From: Callorhinchus milii
Taxonomy: Eukaryota
Direction: 5' to 3'
Length of the DNA: 64,000 nt
NCBI RefSeq assembly: GCF_018977255.1
Contig: NW_024704742.1
Location: forward strand, 124,932,001-124,996,000
The translations under genes and the position numbers were made by a program. Position 1 is the first letter of the stretch. Every line of letters begins with the position of its first letter. The notes under the pieces are model-generated. The model made no database searches and had not been told where the DNA came from. It saw only the letters and a program-made list of their open reading frames with translations. Positions 37,141 to 50,999 of this stretch are shown here, piece after piece.

Positions 37141-38310
37141 AACAACAAAAACAACAATAACAAAATTACATTTGTTAAGCGTCTTTCACGTCGGGTGGAT
37201 GTCATAGCAGTCGAGGATCAAGAACTGAGTGTGGGGGGGTAGGGTTGGGATGAGAGAGGGCAGAAAGGTAGGAGGGTGGCTGAAGGCATGGTTCGAAAAG
37301 CAGGATTTTGAGTCATGCCTTGAGGGAGGTAAGGGAAGTAGCGAGGTGAAGGGACTGTTGGTTGGAGTTCCAAAGGGTAGGGCAGAGAAGCTGAAAGTCC
37401 GTCCGCCGATGGTTGGGCGGGTCGGGCTGGAGACATGGAGCAGGCTGGAGCCTGCTGAACGGAGGGAGCGGACAGACTGATAAGGAGTTAGCTGGTCAGA
37501 GAAGTAGGAGGGGTCAAGGCCGTGGAGGGCCTTGAAAGTGAAGATGAGCATTTTGAATTCTTTCCTCTGAGGGATGCAGAGTCGGCAGCCGGGCGAGGGT
37601 GGGGGTGAGGGGATCATGGAGCCTCGTGCGAGAGATGATACGAACTGCAAAGTTCTGGATGATTGCAGCTTGTGATGGGGAGGTCGATAAGGAGGAAGTT
37701 TCCATAGTTGAGCCTTGAGGTGACAAATTGGCTATGAGGGTTTTGGCAGCCTGAGGGGTGAGGCAGTGGCGGAGTCGGGCAATGTTGCAGATCTGAGGGA
37801 TGGCAGAGCGGGAGAAAGGACAGTTGAGGGATGGATAAGATGCCGAGGTTCCTGACTGGCTTGGTGAAGTGGAATGTGCATCCGTGGATACTGATATTGC
37901 CAGTGCCTGAGGTGCGGAGGCGCTGGCACAAGACAATCAGGAGGCCCTTGGTCTTGTTTTAGAAAGTTGGCTCTTATCCACAATTTGATGTCTGACAGAC
38001 ATTCAGTCAGGACAGCAGTGGTTCTGGAATTGAGGGTGGAGGCAGAGAAATAGAGTTGGGTATCATTCGCGTACATGTGGAGGTTGACCACATGTCTGCG
38101 GATGATGTCACCAAGGGGAGCCTGTAGAGTTTGAAGAGGAGAGGACTGAGGACAGAGCCCTGAGGAACACAGTATGAGACTGTACGGGGGCTGGAAGAGA
38201 AACCATTGGCAGAGACAAATTGAAGATGGTGTGAGAGATAAGACCTGAACCACTCAAGGACAGAATCTTGAAGGTTGAGGTGAGAGGTGAGGCGGTGGAG
38301 AAGGAGCATC
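37141..38310 (-). mobile_element. L2 LINE RT fragment, older subfamily
   Basis: WFRSYLS...[40 protein letters not shown] across shifted frames; tail at 37141. Confidence 0.92.
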
Positions 38311-39484
38311 ATAAGCACATACCTTAACAGCATAAGCACATACATTAACAATGTACAATTCATTCTGTCTGCTCTTTACATATATTGAAGCTTTTGAAGT
38401 CAATGATCCTATTGCAATATCCTATTGTAAGTACACATCAAACTATTTGCTACATTGTATATAGCGAAAAGACCAGAGCACCCTCGCATATAAACAAATC
38501 TATTTAACAATCGCCACCTACAAAACAGATTTTAAATGTGTTTTTATGTTTTCTACATTGTTAACAGTATTGGTTGAGTATCCGAGCTGAGGTTGGGAGC
38601 TGAGGGGGTTGGAAGGGGAAAGGTGACCAAAAGCGCAGTCAATGAGGTAGGTCTTGAGATGGATTTGAACAAGTTGAGGTGAATCAAAGGGTTTTGGGGT
38701 GGGGTTCCAAAGTGTGGGAGCAGAAAGGCTGTAAGCCTGCCTCTGATGGTGGATCGGGGGACATGAAGGAGGTCAGTGCTCGCTGAGTGAAGGGAGTAAG
38801 CAGATCAGTGGGGTGCAGAGCAAAACTCCTATATGAGGTACCGTTGCTTACTATAGTCCCCATTTGGGTGACTATGATATTCACGTAATTTTCTGCACTG
38901 CAGATGTTAGACTAGCTGGTCTAATATTCATTCTTTCTTTAAGTACATTTGATATCCTCCAAACCCCATGAACAGCTCCTGCATTACTGGAGCTCCTCAA
39001 AAACATTAGCCGTTGGATTGGTTGCAAGAAGGACAAGGGCAGTCTGTGAATAATTCACTGGACAGTGCTGCTACTCTATGAGCAAGTACCTAGCCTCAGC
39101 TTGTCATCACCCTGTTGATAAGGTGAGGACATGGAACATACAGTGGAGCAATGCATATCCTGCCACTGTTTTGCACTACATGTTGACACACAAAAAANCT
39201 CCATTCTCCTGCCAATTCCAGATATTCATTAATCCTTATCAAAAACAACAACTTGCATTATATATTGATCTTCACACAGGATAGTGTCTTGGGGCGCTAT
39301 ACAGCAGTGGGTGTGATTGCTGGGCAAGGGCAAAGGGGGAAATGATCATTGGTGCGGTTGAAGAGGTAAGTCTTCAGTTGGATGTAAAGACAAAGAGGAG
39401 GTGATGTGGAGGGATTGAGGTAGAGAGTTCCAGAGGTTACTCAGCATGTAAAATCAATTAAAGTAATTTTATAACTGGTATACT

Positions 39485-39855
39485 AGTCCTGTCGCCTATT
39501 GGTTAGAGCACTCACATCGCAATCGAGAAGACCTGGGTTTGATTCCCGGCAGAGCAAAACCTTGTGCAAGTTTCCTTACTCCACACGCCTCTGTTTATCT
39601 AGCAGTAAGTAGGAACCCGATCGTTAGTCAATTGGCAGATCGCTTTTCTGGGGGTAATAATTCTTTCAAAAAATAATAATAATGATTTGGTCACTCAATC
39701 CACGACTGTTTGCAGAACACTGCACAATTGGCTGGTGTGTTTCACCCACAAAATATACAGTCAACTCACTTTACAGTATATTCTGTGAAGCACTTTGAGA
39801 CATCTCGAAGATGTGATAAGGCTCTATATCAAATGTGAGGTTTATTATTATTATT
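39485..39855 (+). mobile_element. tRNA-Ala SINE, long subfamily, full length
   Basis: Head, ~70-bp internal segment, 3' stem-loop and (ATT)n tail. Confidence 0.9.
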
Positions 39856-42800
39856 GCTACAAAAATACAGGTAGATTCTGAAAGCCAGAAAGGCCTTTCG
39901 GAACTCAAATGGTTAAAATAGTTTGAGCTGCAAGATGTCTGTTTCTGCAGTTCAATACATTGGTTCTAATCAAAATAGTCATCAAGGTTGGTGCTTGTGA
40001 GCAATAAACCAAAACAATTGTAAATTTGTATCAGACAAAAAAATCTATAGATTTCTGGCACCAGAACAGCTGTGGGTGTACTGTACCAGGAGCCTCTGCA
40101 CAAGATAAATTGTGGAATTAAATGAAAAATGGATCCCTTAAGAGTTCGGATTGCCCAAAATGTAGTTATCGGACTTTTAAACTTCCTGTCGAACTGACGA
40201 GACAGAAAAGCCACAGCAATGTTTGTGCTGGCTCAGCAAAAGAGATTTTTTTTCTGCCCCAGCAGACTGCAGACGCACAAGACCTCAGCCCAGTGAATGG
40301 CGCAGGTAAAGCCACAGCTAAGGGGTCTCAATCAGATAAACTGACGTCTGTGACAGATAGCTCTCTTTAAACTGGAGCCATTAAACCTGCTCGCCATTCT
40401 CACGGGAATGATACACAACTTCTACAGTATCTCTAATGCAGCTGCTAAAACACAGTTGAAGACTCTTTCACATTCTGAAACGGGATCACGGTTACACTGA
40501 AAAGCCCGAGTCTCCGGTAGCATCGAGTCTGTGGTTGCCCTGCCTTATCACTGCAACCTTAAATCAAGCGTTATTATTAAGCTGAAACCAATTATTCACT
40601 CTCCCTTATTCACATGCACTGCATCCCTTTGTTTTGGTTAAGCTTTTATTTTAAAAAGTACTTTGTTATTTAAAATAATAATACAATAAAAGGTTATTTG
40701 TGGGTGTGCCTAGTGACTTGCCCATGGTTGTAGCTGATGCAGAAGACACTGCATGACTCTGATACTCCACTGAAACAGATTATTGATATTCAGGCCTGTC
40801 ATTCTCACAGTGAGTATTGTGTATCAGTTGCAGCAAAGGTTGGCGCCAACCTGCTTCTTTCATGCACCACTAACCAGAATTAATTGCAAATCAATCGAAC
40901 AAAGTACAACTGATCAGTAAACCAATTAGTAATTTTAGCTGTTCCTCCTGTCTTTGTTTACTTGGAGACTTCGACTTGCTTTTTTTTCTCTCCTCCAGAA
41001 CAGCTATTTAAGAACTTCCTTTATTTTTTNCCTCCTCCTCCTCTCGTAACATTTCATGCCCTTGCAAGTCAGCATCAAAAGAATACTTACAGTTCATGTT
41101 TTCCAATAAGGTTTCGTAACGTTTTCCAATAATCAAACTAAAATGTCCTCTAACATGTTAGTTTTACTGCAAAACCCACTGTTTAACTGCAGAAGATGAA
41201 GCCCCCTTTGTAAAGCAAGATAGATCAAAAGAACCAAGAAATGACATGTAACTGCTGATCTTGTACCTGTGTCTTGGAATGTGTATTCAGTGCTAATAAT
41301 AATGTGTGGGTGTCTTCAGAAGTTTTGAATCACACAGCTATTTGATATTTGTTTTTAACTCCTGATGCTCAGCAGTTTCTGCTTGGTTATATTGTCAGCC
41401 TAGAATTAGCCCTGTCATCGACCGTGTTTGCCCATTGTATATTTGAATGATATAGTTAATAACTTGTCCAAGCTCTGAAACTCTCAAAGGCAGAACTTAA
41501 TTTTGACATTCCTGGTTTGGAAAACATAAAAGACCAGTAATATATGTGCTGATACAGAGTGAAGAGAATGCCAGCGCTGCTTCACTTCATCAAACCCTTG
41601 TGAATAAAGATGGTTCAGATTAATAAACAGTTCAAAGTTTCTGAGTTCAGTTATTTGTGATGTGGCATGGCATGAAATGAAGCCATGGGAAACGAATCAA
41701 AATGTGGAGATAATCACTGCAATGACTGATAACTAGGGCTTTTGGAAATGTGTGTATATATGTGCATGTGTGATGAATTTGAGTTAGTCTATTATTGTCA
41801 TTTTTTTTGCATTTGAAATTCACTCCATTGTGAGGGACTGAGTGACTGCAACAGCGGTGCCTTTCTTACCAGCTGATACAAGTTAGCAGTCTCCCCTACT
41901 CTCTGAACAGGTCTAATTAAGACCAATGGGATTTGTGGAATGCATGAACGATGTCTCAAATGGCACTATTGTTTAGGTGTTGGTTATATTGCTTATTCTT
42001 CTCCCACAAACAATTTAATCCAAGATGCAAACAGTTCTTGTGTTTCAAAATGATGTGCTTGAAAGCCTTTTGACTTGGAGATTACATCTTGATTTTCTTA
42101 GTCAAAGGTAACCTTTGCTGTGTATTAATCTGCGGAAGTACGAGCATCATTAAAGCATGCAAAGTAGTTTGCCTTGTGCAAGTACTGAACGCTTAATACT
42201 ATTTCCATCTAATCTATCCAGGAGGAGGTGAAAATCTACGCTTTTGAGAACTGTTTTATTAAATTAATCTATTATTTAGAAAGTTGTCTGTCTTTCATTC
42301 CCAGCCTTGAAGTAACAGTCAACGTCATATTTTTATAGGATGCTTTCCTGGATAGGGAAAATCTGGTAATTTATTGTGAGGTACAAAAATAAAATAAATG
42401 TTCAAATGGCTAATTTGTTATCTTATTATACTTATAGTCTATGTTTATTAATTTGATGGACTCAACAATAATGAGAGGAAGGAGGGATATCTTGCTATAC
42501 TTTCAGAAAGCAAAACTGTACTTCAATGACAACTTTCTCTCCAAATCCAAATTTACCTCCAAATTCAAATCAATTGGCAATTCATCTCATAATAATGATC
42601 ATTGACAATATTAATAATATGTGCATTTGATATTGTACCTTTCACATCAGAGGACTTCTCAACATACTACACAGGATTTACTGTGAAGAGTATTATGCAG
42701 GCAAGCACACCAGCCTATTTGCACACAGTAGTGACTCACAAACAGCCATGAAGTGAATGATCAATTTTGGCTGGGGAATTTTTGTCCAGGGCAATGATTT

Positions 42801-42912
42801 TTATGGGATATTGCAGGTGCAGATTAACTGCCTGTGTAAGAATGTTCACTTCAAGATCTTTGAGACCTGTATTTATAACATAATGCCATATAAATGCAAG
42901 TTATTATAACTT

Positions 42913-43227
42913 ATAATAATATAATAATCCTTGCATTTGATATAGCGCTTTTCATGTCTTCTATGTCTCAAAGCACTTCACAGAATAGACTGTAAAGTGA
43001 ATAGACTGTATATTTGTGGGTGAAATGCGGCAGCCAATTGCGCACAGCAGTGTCACACAAACAGTCGTGGATTGAAATTACCAATTTAATATTGTTCTTT
43101 TTTTGAGGGATTATTATCAGATGTGTCGAGTAAGGAAATTTGCCCAAGGTTTCACCCTGCCGGTAATCGAACCCAGGTCTCTCGTTTGCAAAGCGAGTGC
43201 TCTAACCTTTGAGCTACAGGACTCCAC
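42913..43227 (-). mobile_element. tRNA-Ala SINE, short subfamily
   Basis: Full length on the minus strand. Confidence 0.9.
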
Positions 43228-44061
43228 AATTTACTTAAATAATATGTGTGGCTTCAGGTAGATAATGATTAATATTCCTTATTTCATGAGAAGACCTGGC
43301 ATTCTGACCGAGAGATATTTTTCACAACTATGAATTTTTTTGACATTCTGCATGCAGCTTTCATTAAAAATGAATCACAATAATTCACACTTTTGTGTTG
43401 TTATTATCGTACAGGTAGTTGTAAATAAATATTGAAGTAGTTTATGCATCAAATATTTGAGTGAGAAACACAAATGGTGCTTGCCTGCCATTTAATCCCA
43501 GTTAGCAAATAGCAACTGTAGGTACATGACAGTTTGGATGATCCTTGATTTAGTGAAAACCTTCTAATGATTGTATATTAAGCTGGTTAAATTACACCTA
43601 GCACTTAAAAAGTTTGACAAGTTCAAGCTTAATGTAGTGCCATAGATGAGCCCAGCTGGAATCACCAATAAAATGAAGCACAGTTCCTCTTGCAATTATT
43701 TATTGTTTGTTTATGCGGAAAATAAACTAAGAGCAGATTCATAAACTCATCTGGCAAATCACCACTAGAACCGTATTCCCTGCATTTATCAAATTGCCAC
43801 TTGCAGTGTTCTGTTCCCTTTACACCAATACATGGCTCAACGGCACTTAAGAAGGGCACAGTCTTTAACCTCATCAAGAGTCCCAAAACAACTCATTTAC
43901 TCTTTTAACTATCACTACCCTGTCAAAGGTTTTGTCAGCCTTTTCATTGTAATGAAGACCCACATTTTTCCAGCTGCCACTTTTTTTTGTGTGTGCTGAA
44001 GTAATAATTGTTTAGCTATGTCAGCCATCTAGCAGCAGCCTGTGCATGGGCGAAGCAGACT

Positions 44062-44361
44062 TAATAATAATAATAATCCTTGCATTTGATATAGCGCCTT
44101 ATCATGTCTTCAAGATGTCTCAAAGCGCTTCACAGAATATACTGTAAAGTGAATTGACTGTATATTTTGTGGGCGAAATATGGCATCCAATTGCGTACAG
44201 CAGTGTCCCACAAGAGTCGTGTATTGAAGTGACCAATTTATTATAATTTTTTTTGAAGGAATTATTACACCCAGAAAAGCGATCCACCAAACGACTAACA
44301 ATCGGATTCCTACTTACTCCTAGGGTAAACAGAGGCGTGTGGAGTAAGGAAACTTACCCAA
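44062..44361 (-). mobile_element. tRNA-Ala SINE, long subfamily, 5'-truncated
   Basis: Tail and body present, tRNA head missing. Confidence 0.87.
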
Positions 44362-45494
44362 CATTGCCCAACAGTGCTCAATGCTAGGATATCACCTATT
44401 TCAAGCCATTGTTACATGGTAAAAAGGATTAAACTAGAGCCAAGATCTTTGATGCGCCCTCACAAAACACAGCCAAGCAAATTTGTTGGAACCTAAATAT
44501 TTCAAGGGGAGATGGACTCAGCTGAAAGTCTTCAGATGTGTCCGTCTTGTCATGTTTTATCTGATAGACACTAACTGGTGCTGCAGCACATTTATTTGGT
44601 TATAATTCTTCGGTCCCTCTTGTGTTCATGAAGCCTTTATTATGGTGATGACATTGCATATAATAAGCAATAGATCAGGCTTTGTGAAGCATCTGCGGCA
44701 TGTTTAAATCAGACGGAACAATTCAAATCCCCAACTGATTTAGCATAGGCATCCATTTGGTTGTGTTAGCTTGGTTCTTGTCCTATTCTTTGGGATGCAT
44801 TTCCGATTTTTTTCTCTCTTGATATGTCTTTAGATTGTCCTTCACTATTTGGTCAACTTATTTTAGACCTTTTAAGTTTGAACTTTTTAACTTTAATGTG
44901 CTTTTGTTTTTTCCACATGTGACATAAAATAGGCTCCACTGAAACCTATTAATAGAACAACTGACAGACAGGAGTGGAGTAAATGATAATAGTTAGGGAC
45001 ATGTCGACTGTGAACACTTTATCATTTATGTGGATACCACACACATCTCTCAATATTCATCCTTACATCGAAAATGTACTGTAGTTTTTTTGGAGGGGTC
45101 AGCCAGGGAATTGATATATGTGGAAACCCATCACCTTGTTTAAGATTATCCAAACCGAATTGAGATTTCCTTACATCCCACCTACACATGGAAATTCCAG
45201 AGATGTTTATTGGAATGGAATGTGCATTCTCTCCCTGGAGGGATGCATCCTGCTTACCGATGACGGAAATCACATTGAAACACGTAAGTATGTTATCTGT
45301 GCATGGTTAAAATGACATAAAGCTCTGGTCTTTTGAGCACAATTACGATGGGCCAAATGACCTTCTTCAGAGCTGGAAATTTCAATGTTTCTTTGTAACT
45401 TCAGTATTTATACTGCACAGTTCTTAAAGAGACTGGAAGAGTTGTAATTAAGACAAAAAAGAAAATAGACAAAAAAGAGAGGAAATATATAACA

Positions 45495-45860
45495 ATAATA
45501 TAATATTCCTTGCATTTGATATAGTACCTTATCATGTCATTGAGGCATCTCAAATGCTTCACAAGACTTTATGTGAAGTGCGTGATTCTATTTGTGGGCA
45601 AACAAGGCAGTCAATTTGCTCACTGCAGTGTCGCATAAACAGCTATGAAGCAAATGATCAATTTTACTTGTTGACCAGGCTACCGGGAGGAACTCAGTCT
45701 CTTTTCAAATAATCCTATGAGATTTTGAACAGACAAGTGGGGCCTTAGATTAACATCTCACCTGAAGGATGGCACCTCTCCTCCAGCTCTGTATTGGAAT
45801 ACCAGCCTAGATTATGAGTTGAAAGTCACGATGTGGGGCTTAAACCCACAACCTTATTAT
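45495..45860 (-). mobile_element. Deu-domain SINE relic
   Basis: Collinear with 23585-23960; a partial second copy lies at ~45880-45980. Confidence 0.65.
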
Positions 45861-46074
45861 AACCAGATCAAGAGCAGTAAGACTGGGCACTAGGAGAAAC
45901 TCCTTTCTCTTTTTGAATAGTGCCATGGGATCTTCAACATCCACCTGAACAGGTAGACGAGACCCAAGTTTAATGTCTCACAATGCACAAGGTCTCTTTG
46001 TTGAAAGTGGAGCAAATGTTTTGTACACTGGCTTGTTTCACAAGCTTTGTGGAGTGGTACAGAATAAAGAAATG

Positions 46075-46810
46075 CTGTCTATGGCAGTTCACTACCTCTG
46101 AGTGCATAGGAACATCCATCCATGTCATTTGATTTTTCTGGCAGTGCACAGGAATTTCCATCCACAGTGTTTGATTTCCTTGGCAGTATCTTTCCATGGC
46201 ATTCAATTCAATTTACCTGGCAGTATAGGCTAATTGTCCTTAGCGTCAGATTTCCCTGGCAGTATTCAAGCTTTCCAGCCATGATGTTTCAATTCCCTGG
46301 CAGTGTAAGAATTAATTGTGAATGGCATTAAATTTCTCTAGCAATTCAGTGGCTATCCAGCCACAACATCTGATTTATATGTCAATGTAGGGGGCCCATT
46401 CCATGTATGTGCCCATGGAATCCAATTTCTGGACTGGTTGGCCCATGTATTTATAGCATTCAATTTCCAGGGTAGTACAGAAGCTATTCATGCTTGACAT
46501 CTGATTTCTATAGAAGTGCAGGGAGCCTCCATGGCATCCAATATTCCTGACAGTCTACATGCATGGCATTCAATTTCACCAATATTTTAATAGATCCATG
46601 TGCTAGTCGTGTCTGATTTCCCTGTAGTACAGTTGCTATATATGCCTGTCTATGCATTTGTGGTATCACATTTCTGTTACATCTGGTGCATATATCTATG
46701 CATTTGAGATGCATGATTTTTCTCACTGGGTAGTGGGTTAAATATCTACAACAGTGAATTTCCCTGGTGGTTAAGGTGTGTATCATTGACATGCCCTCCA
46801 ATTTCCCTAT
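46075..46810. repeat. degenerate ~40-bp tandem repeat (minisatellite)
   Basis: Core RATTTCCCTGGCAGT; GGCAGT at 46140, 46182, 46219, 46258, 46299 and decayed units beyond. Confidence 0.75.
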
Positions 46811-47640
46811 TTATCTTGAGATATCAGCATTATACAGGGAGAACCATATGAATTTCTGCACAGAGTAGGAGATTTGGGCCTTTGTATTGTGAAAGAATTG
46901 TGTTTCAGCTCTCATGGAGTTAACACGTCTGTACTGCCTGCCTTCTGCATTCTGAAATCAGATCTTTAAGCCTCATTTTTGGCAAAGGAGATGGCGCTAA
47001 CTTAGAAATTCTCTGTATGAAATCCAGTCTTTTAAACCTTTATTGCCCTCTATTGTGTAGTTATTTTCTCCAGTCATTTTAGGTCGCTTCAAACCACTAC
47101 CTCACTTGGAAGGAGCAACAATCTGCTCCCGTGCCAGCATTATAGTGTAAATCAACAGTGCCCAAGGTGACTCTGCTCTTTCTGAGTGAGTAAGCTTGAA
47201 GCTTAGGATTTGTGAACCAGTATCTTACAATTCTGTACCTCGGCAAGTCGATACATCAATTTAAAATGAATTAGAAAATACTTAAAAAATAGAGCCATTG
47301 AAGGGTATGGGTAAAAGAGCAGAGATATAAGATAAGTGTATATAGCTCCAGTGGAGGAGCAAGCAGAACAAAGACACCATGGGCTGAATAACCTAGTTTT
47401 GTGTTTAAAATTTCTAAGATTCAATGACAATGCAATTCACTACTACCTTTGAAAAAAGGTGGCCTTTAATCAATCCATTATTGTCACCTTTTATTTTATT
47501 CATTTTAATTCATATTTCTGCAGTCCATCCATAAGAATTTTTTGCTGTCAGTTCCTTCCTGCTTCATAGCAATTTGGACTCTATTGCATTAAAGCAATTT
47601 GCCATCCTAAATTGGACCAAGTTAAATAAAATTAAATAAA

Positions 47641-47848
47641 ATGTCCCACAAACAGTTGTGGATTGTGTAAAAAAAAATTGAGGGGATTATTATCCCAGAA
47701 ATGCCATCCACAAATACACTAACAACCAAGTTCCTACTTCCTGCTAGGTAAACAGAAGAATGTGGTGTAAGGAAACTTGCCTAAGGTTTTGCCCCGCACA
47801 GCTATTGAACCCAGGTCCTCTCGCTTGCGAGGCAAGTGCTCTAACCAA
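47641..47848 (-). mobile_element. tRNA-Ala SINE long subfamily, 5' part
   Basis: CTGCTAGGTAAACAGA...GGAAACTTGCCTAAGG...GTGCTCTAACCA. Confidence 0.8.
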
Positions 47849-50800
47849 TTAAAAAATACTATTGTGAATGATGAAAAGGTGAAATAGGAGACAGCCCTGT
47901 TGATGTAGAGGATAACGCTGTAGTTTGCAGACTAGGAGCTTGCTGGTTTGAATCGACTGTGACTCCCTCCACATTTGAGTGGACACTCACTGCTGAGTCT
48001 CACACATGAACAATGCTCGCTTGAGCTGGGTATTAGAGGGCAACTGTGGAAACTCATTCCTTAAAAAGGAGGCTAGACCAGGAGCAGCGAGGTTGCTCCC
48101 AGTGAAAACAAAATCAGAAAAAAAGTTGGACAAACAAAATTTATATTAAAAAAAATGCAATATAACCAGAAATAAATACTGGAAATCCACCCTAGGTTTA
48201 ACAGCCCTGTTTTTATTTTAAGTTATCTGGTCAGCCTAAATCAGGCTCAAACAGGAAGGTTCTGTCCACACATTCATTGTGCCTCACAAGATGACAGCAT
48301 GAAAAAACATGACACTTCCCTAATGAGCCATGTAGGAGCAAATCCAGGCCCTTAAACAAACAACAGTCCATAGTATTGCAAAGGAATTAGAAGCAGGGAT
48401 AGGAGATAAGGAAGCCTTCACAACAATAGTGGGTTCTTTTTACATTTACTTTCCCATTAGTGATTAACCTGTTTCTGCCAAGTTAAAGATGACAGATCAG
48501 AGTCCGGATATTTTGTGCAATAATAATCCTTGCATTTGGTATTGTGCCTTTCACGTCAGGAGGATGTCCCAAATTGCTTCACAGCACATATTATGATGTA
48601 AGTGACTGTGTCTTTGGTGGGTGAACAAGGCAGTCAATTTGTGCAAAAACAATGTTGTGGATCCAGGCCATGGAAGGATAGATTTTCCACACACAGCTAC
48701 TATCCTTACAGTAATTCTCTTTAAATTAAAAAATACCACAATTATAAAATGAGAAATCTCAAAATTTTGACCCATTAACCTATGAAGACTGCATTTATTT
48801 TCGCATTTGTACATTGTGCTCCTTATATTTTGTGGTGATAGGGATAATGCCTTTCTGCCAATACAATCCAGTTTTTATAGCACCTTTCAAGCTGGAAAGA
48901 TGTTTCAAAGAACTTGACATGGCTACCCACTCAAGCTTGGGGTTGGGGGTAGGGGATGGCAAAAATGGCTAAAAGCATTGTTAAAGGTAAGTCTTGAGGT
49001 GGGCTTTAAAAGTGGGGAGGGAGGAGGCGAGGTGGAGGGACTCTTGGATGGAGTTCCAGAGAGCGGGGAAGAAAGGCTGAAAGCTCACCCAACAATGGCA
49101 GTCCGGATAGGGCGGGGGACAAGCTGGTGCTTGCTGAGGGAAGGGATCAACCAGGTCAGTTAAGTTGCAGGATTTGTGGATCCAGGATGTGGAAGGATGG
49201 GTTTCTTATTTTCTTCCTCGCATCTTGATGGTATCAAATACTTTTAGTTAAGATGCAGGTTGGCACAAGTTAGGCACATTTGTGGAGTTCCTCCAGACAA
49301 ATCAAAACAATAGGGCGAATTTTTCAGTTACTTGTATGGGCAGTGGGGCATGTTGGCACAGCATACCAGCACTCCAGTGTGGCGTACCACTGTGTGCTCT
49401 GAGGCAACAACCTGCCGGCAGGTCTTCAGCAGACTTCATCTCTGGATTTAGAAGAGGTGGCAGCACAGCCTAGGCAATTCCCACAGAGAGGGAGTGAAAC
49501 TAAGAGGGAAAGCACCTTATCCCACTTCCACAAACCTCCTGACAGCCAGAGTGAGCAAAGGCTTGGAAATGAATTGCCAGCCTCCTCCGTATTACACTGC
49601 TGGTCATTGCAGGTAAAGGGGGATGAACAGAAATAAGAGAGATAGGCGCTGCTCACATAAAAGGTGCTGTGGCTTTTAGCCAACTGAGTGGAATTATTTT
49701 CTGAAATACAATATTTCAAAACATTATAAGAATGTTCTTTTGGTCCAGAGTCCAGAATCCTCTATTTCAATGGGGACACGGGAGGGTTAACAATAAAAAC
49801 ATTAAGCAGCTATTCAGCTTGCATAACATTGTTAAACCCAAAGTCATATACATGAATCATTGGGTGTCAAACATGGGGATTTCAAGCAGATTCCTTAATC
49901 CGTTGACACACAGACAACAACAGCATTTTACATTTATATAGGGCCTTTCACCTTGTGTGGACAGCTCAAAACACTTCACACAACTGTCTGGGAGCTTAAG
50001 CTGGGGGTTGGGGTGGAAGGAAGCAGAGGGAACAATGGCCAGAAACATGGTTGAAAAGGTAGATCTTCTTTTGAGGGTGGGAAGGGAGGGGTAAATGGAG
50101 TTATAGAGATTAATGGGAGACTGAAAGCTTACCCAACGATGGTGGGGTGGATTGGACGATAGGGGGAGTGGGAGCAGCATGAGGTAGACCTGTGTTTGCT
50201 TTACTGAAGAAGCAAGTTTGGTAGGAGGCAAGGGATGAGGGAGGGAAAGGAAATGAAGACATGTTCTTAGATGACATTGTCAGAGGTGGAGATGGAGATT
50301 CATTGGAACTCCATTCCAAAAACCAGAACACATCAGAGGGAGTACCCAGAGTAAGGCAAATCCAGATTCCTTAAAGAATCCCGTTTTAAAATCAGCATGA
50401 ATTGTACACGAGTATTAATGACCACAAGTCATTAAAGAGCACTATTTCCATTAAAAATGAGAAAATCCCACATATAAAAAGAAACAGCACAACAACTTCT
50501 TGAATGTTAAGGTGGTTGAGGCCAGGACGCTGGAACTCATTTACAATCGGCTTGATGGGGGCATGGTAGGGTGGGTATTCTGGAAAGATGAGATTGGATG
50601 CCCTTCTTCATGTAAAACAATCTTGCAATCTTCTGATGTTCTTCACCTTTATTTAACATGCACTAAAGCCTGTGCCAGCTGTTTTCTAGCTTTAAGAGTA
50701 AAATAAATACCAATGTGGCTCAACCATATCCTTAGTGGAACACATTTGTCCAATGGACTCCCTCAGCGAGATTGAAGGAAAACTATGTGACAAATAAGAT

Positions 50801-50999
50801 CAGCATTGTGGTGTCTTTACGGTCATAGGGCTGAAAATTTAATTTGGTATCTTTAAGTGCCTTGAATTACCATCAACATTTTGGGGAGAAAGGGTGAACA
50901 TGATATCACTATTCTATTGGTTTTGTATCTTTCTGAAATCAGCTGCAGATTTGCTCGTTTATCTCCTTCCCACTATAGTATATATATATAGTATATATA

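Noticed and set aside
40183..40209. Hammerhead core CTGACGA-GACA-GAAA
   Set aside because: No stem II can form between the motifs and there is no suitable stem I or III; likely chance
46075..46810. CRISPR array
   Set aside because: Eukaryotic context, short degenerate cores, linkers related to each other, no cas genes
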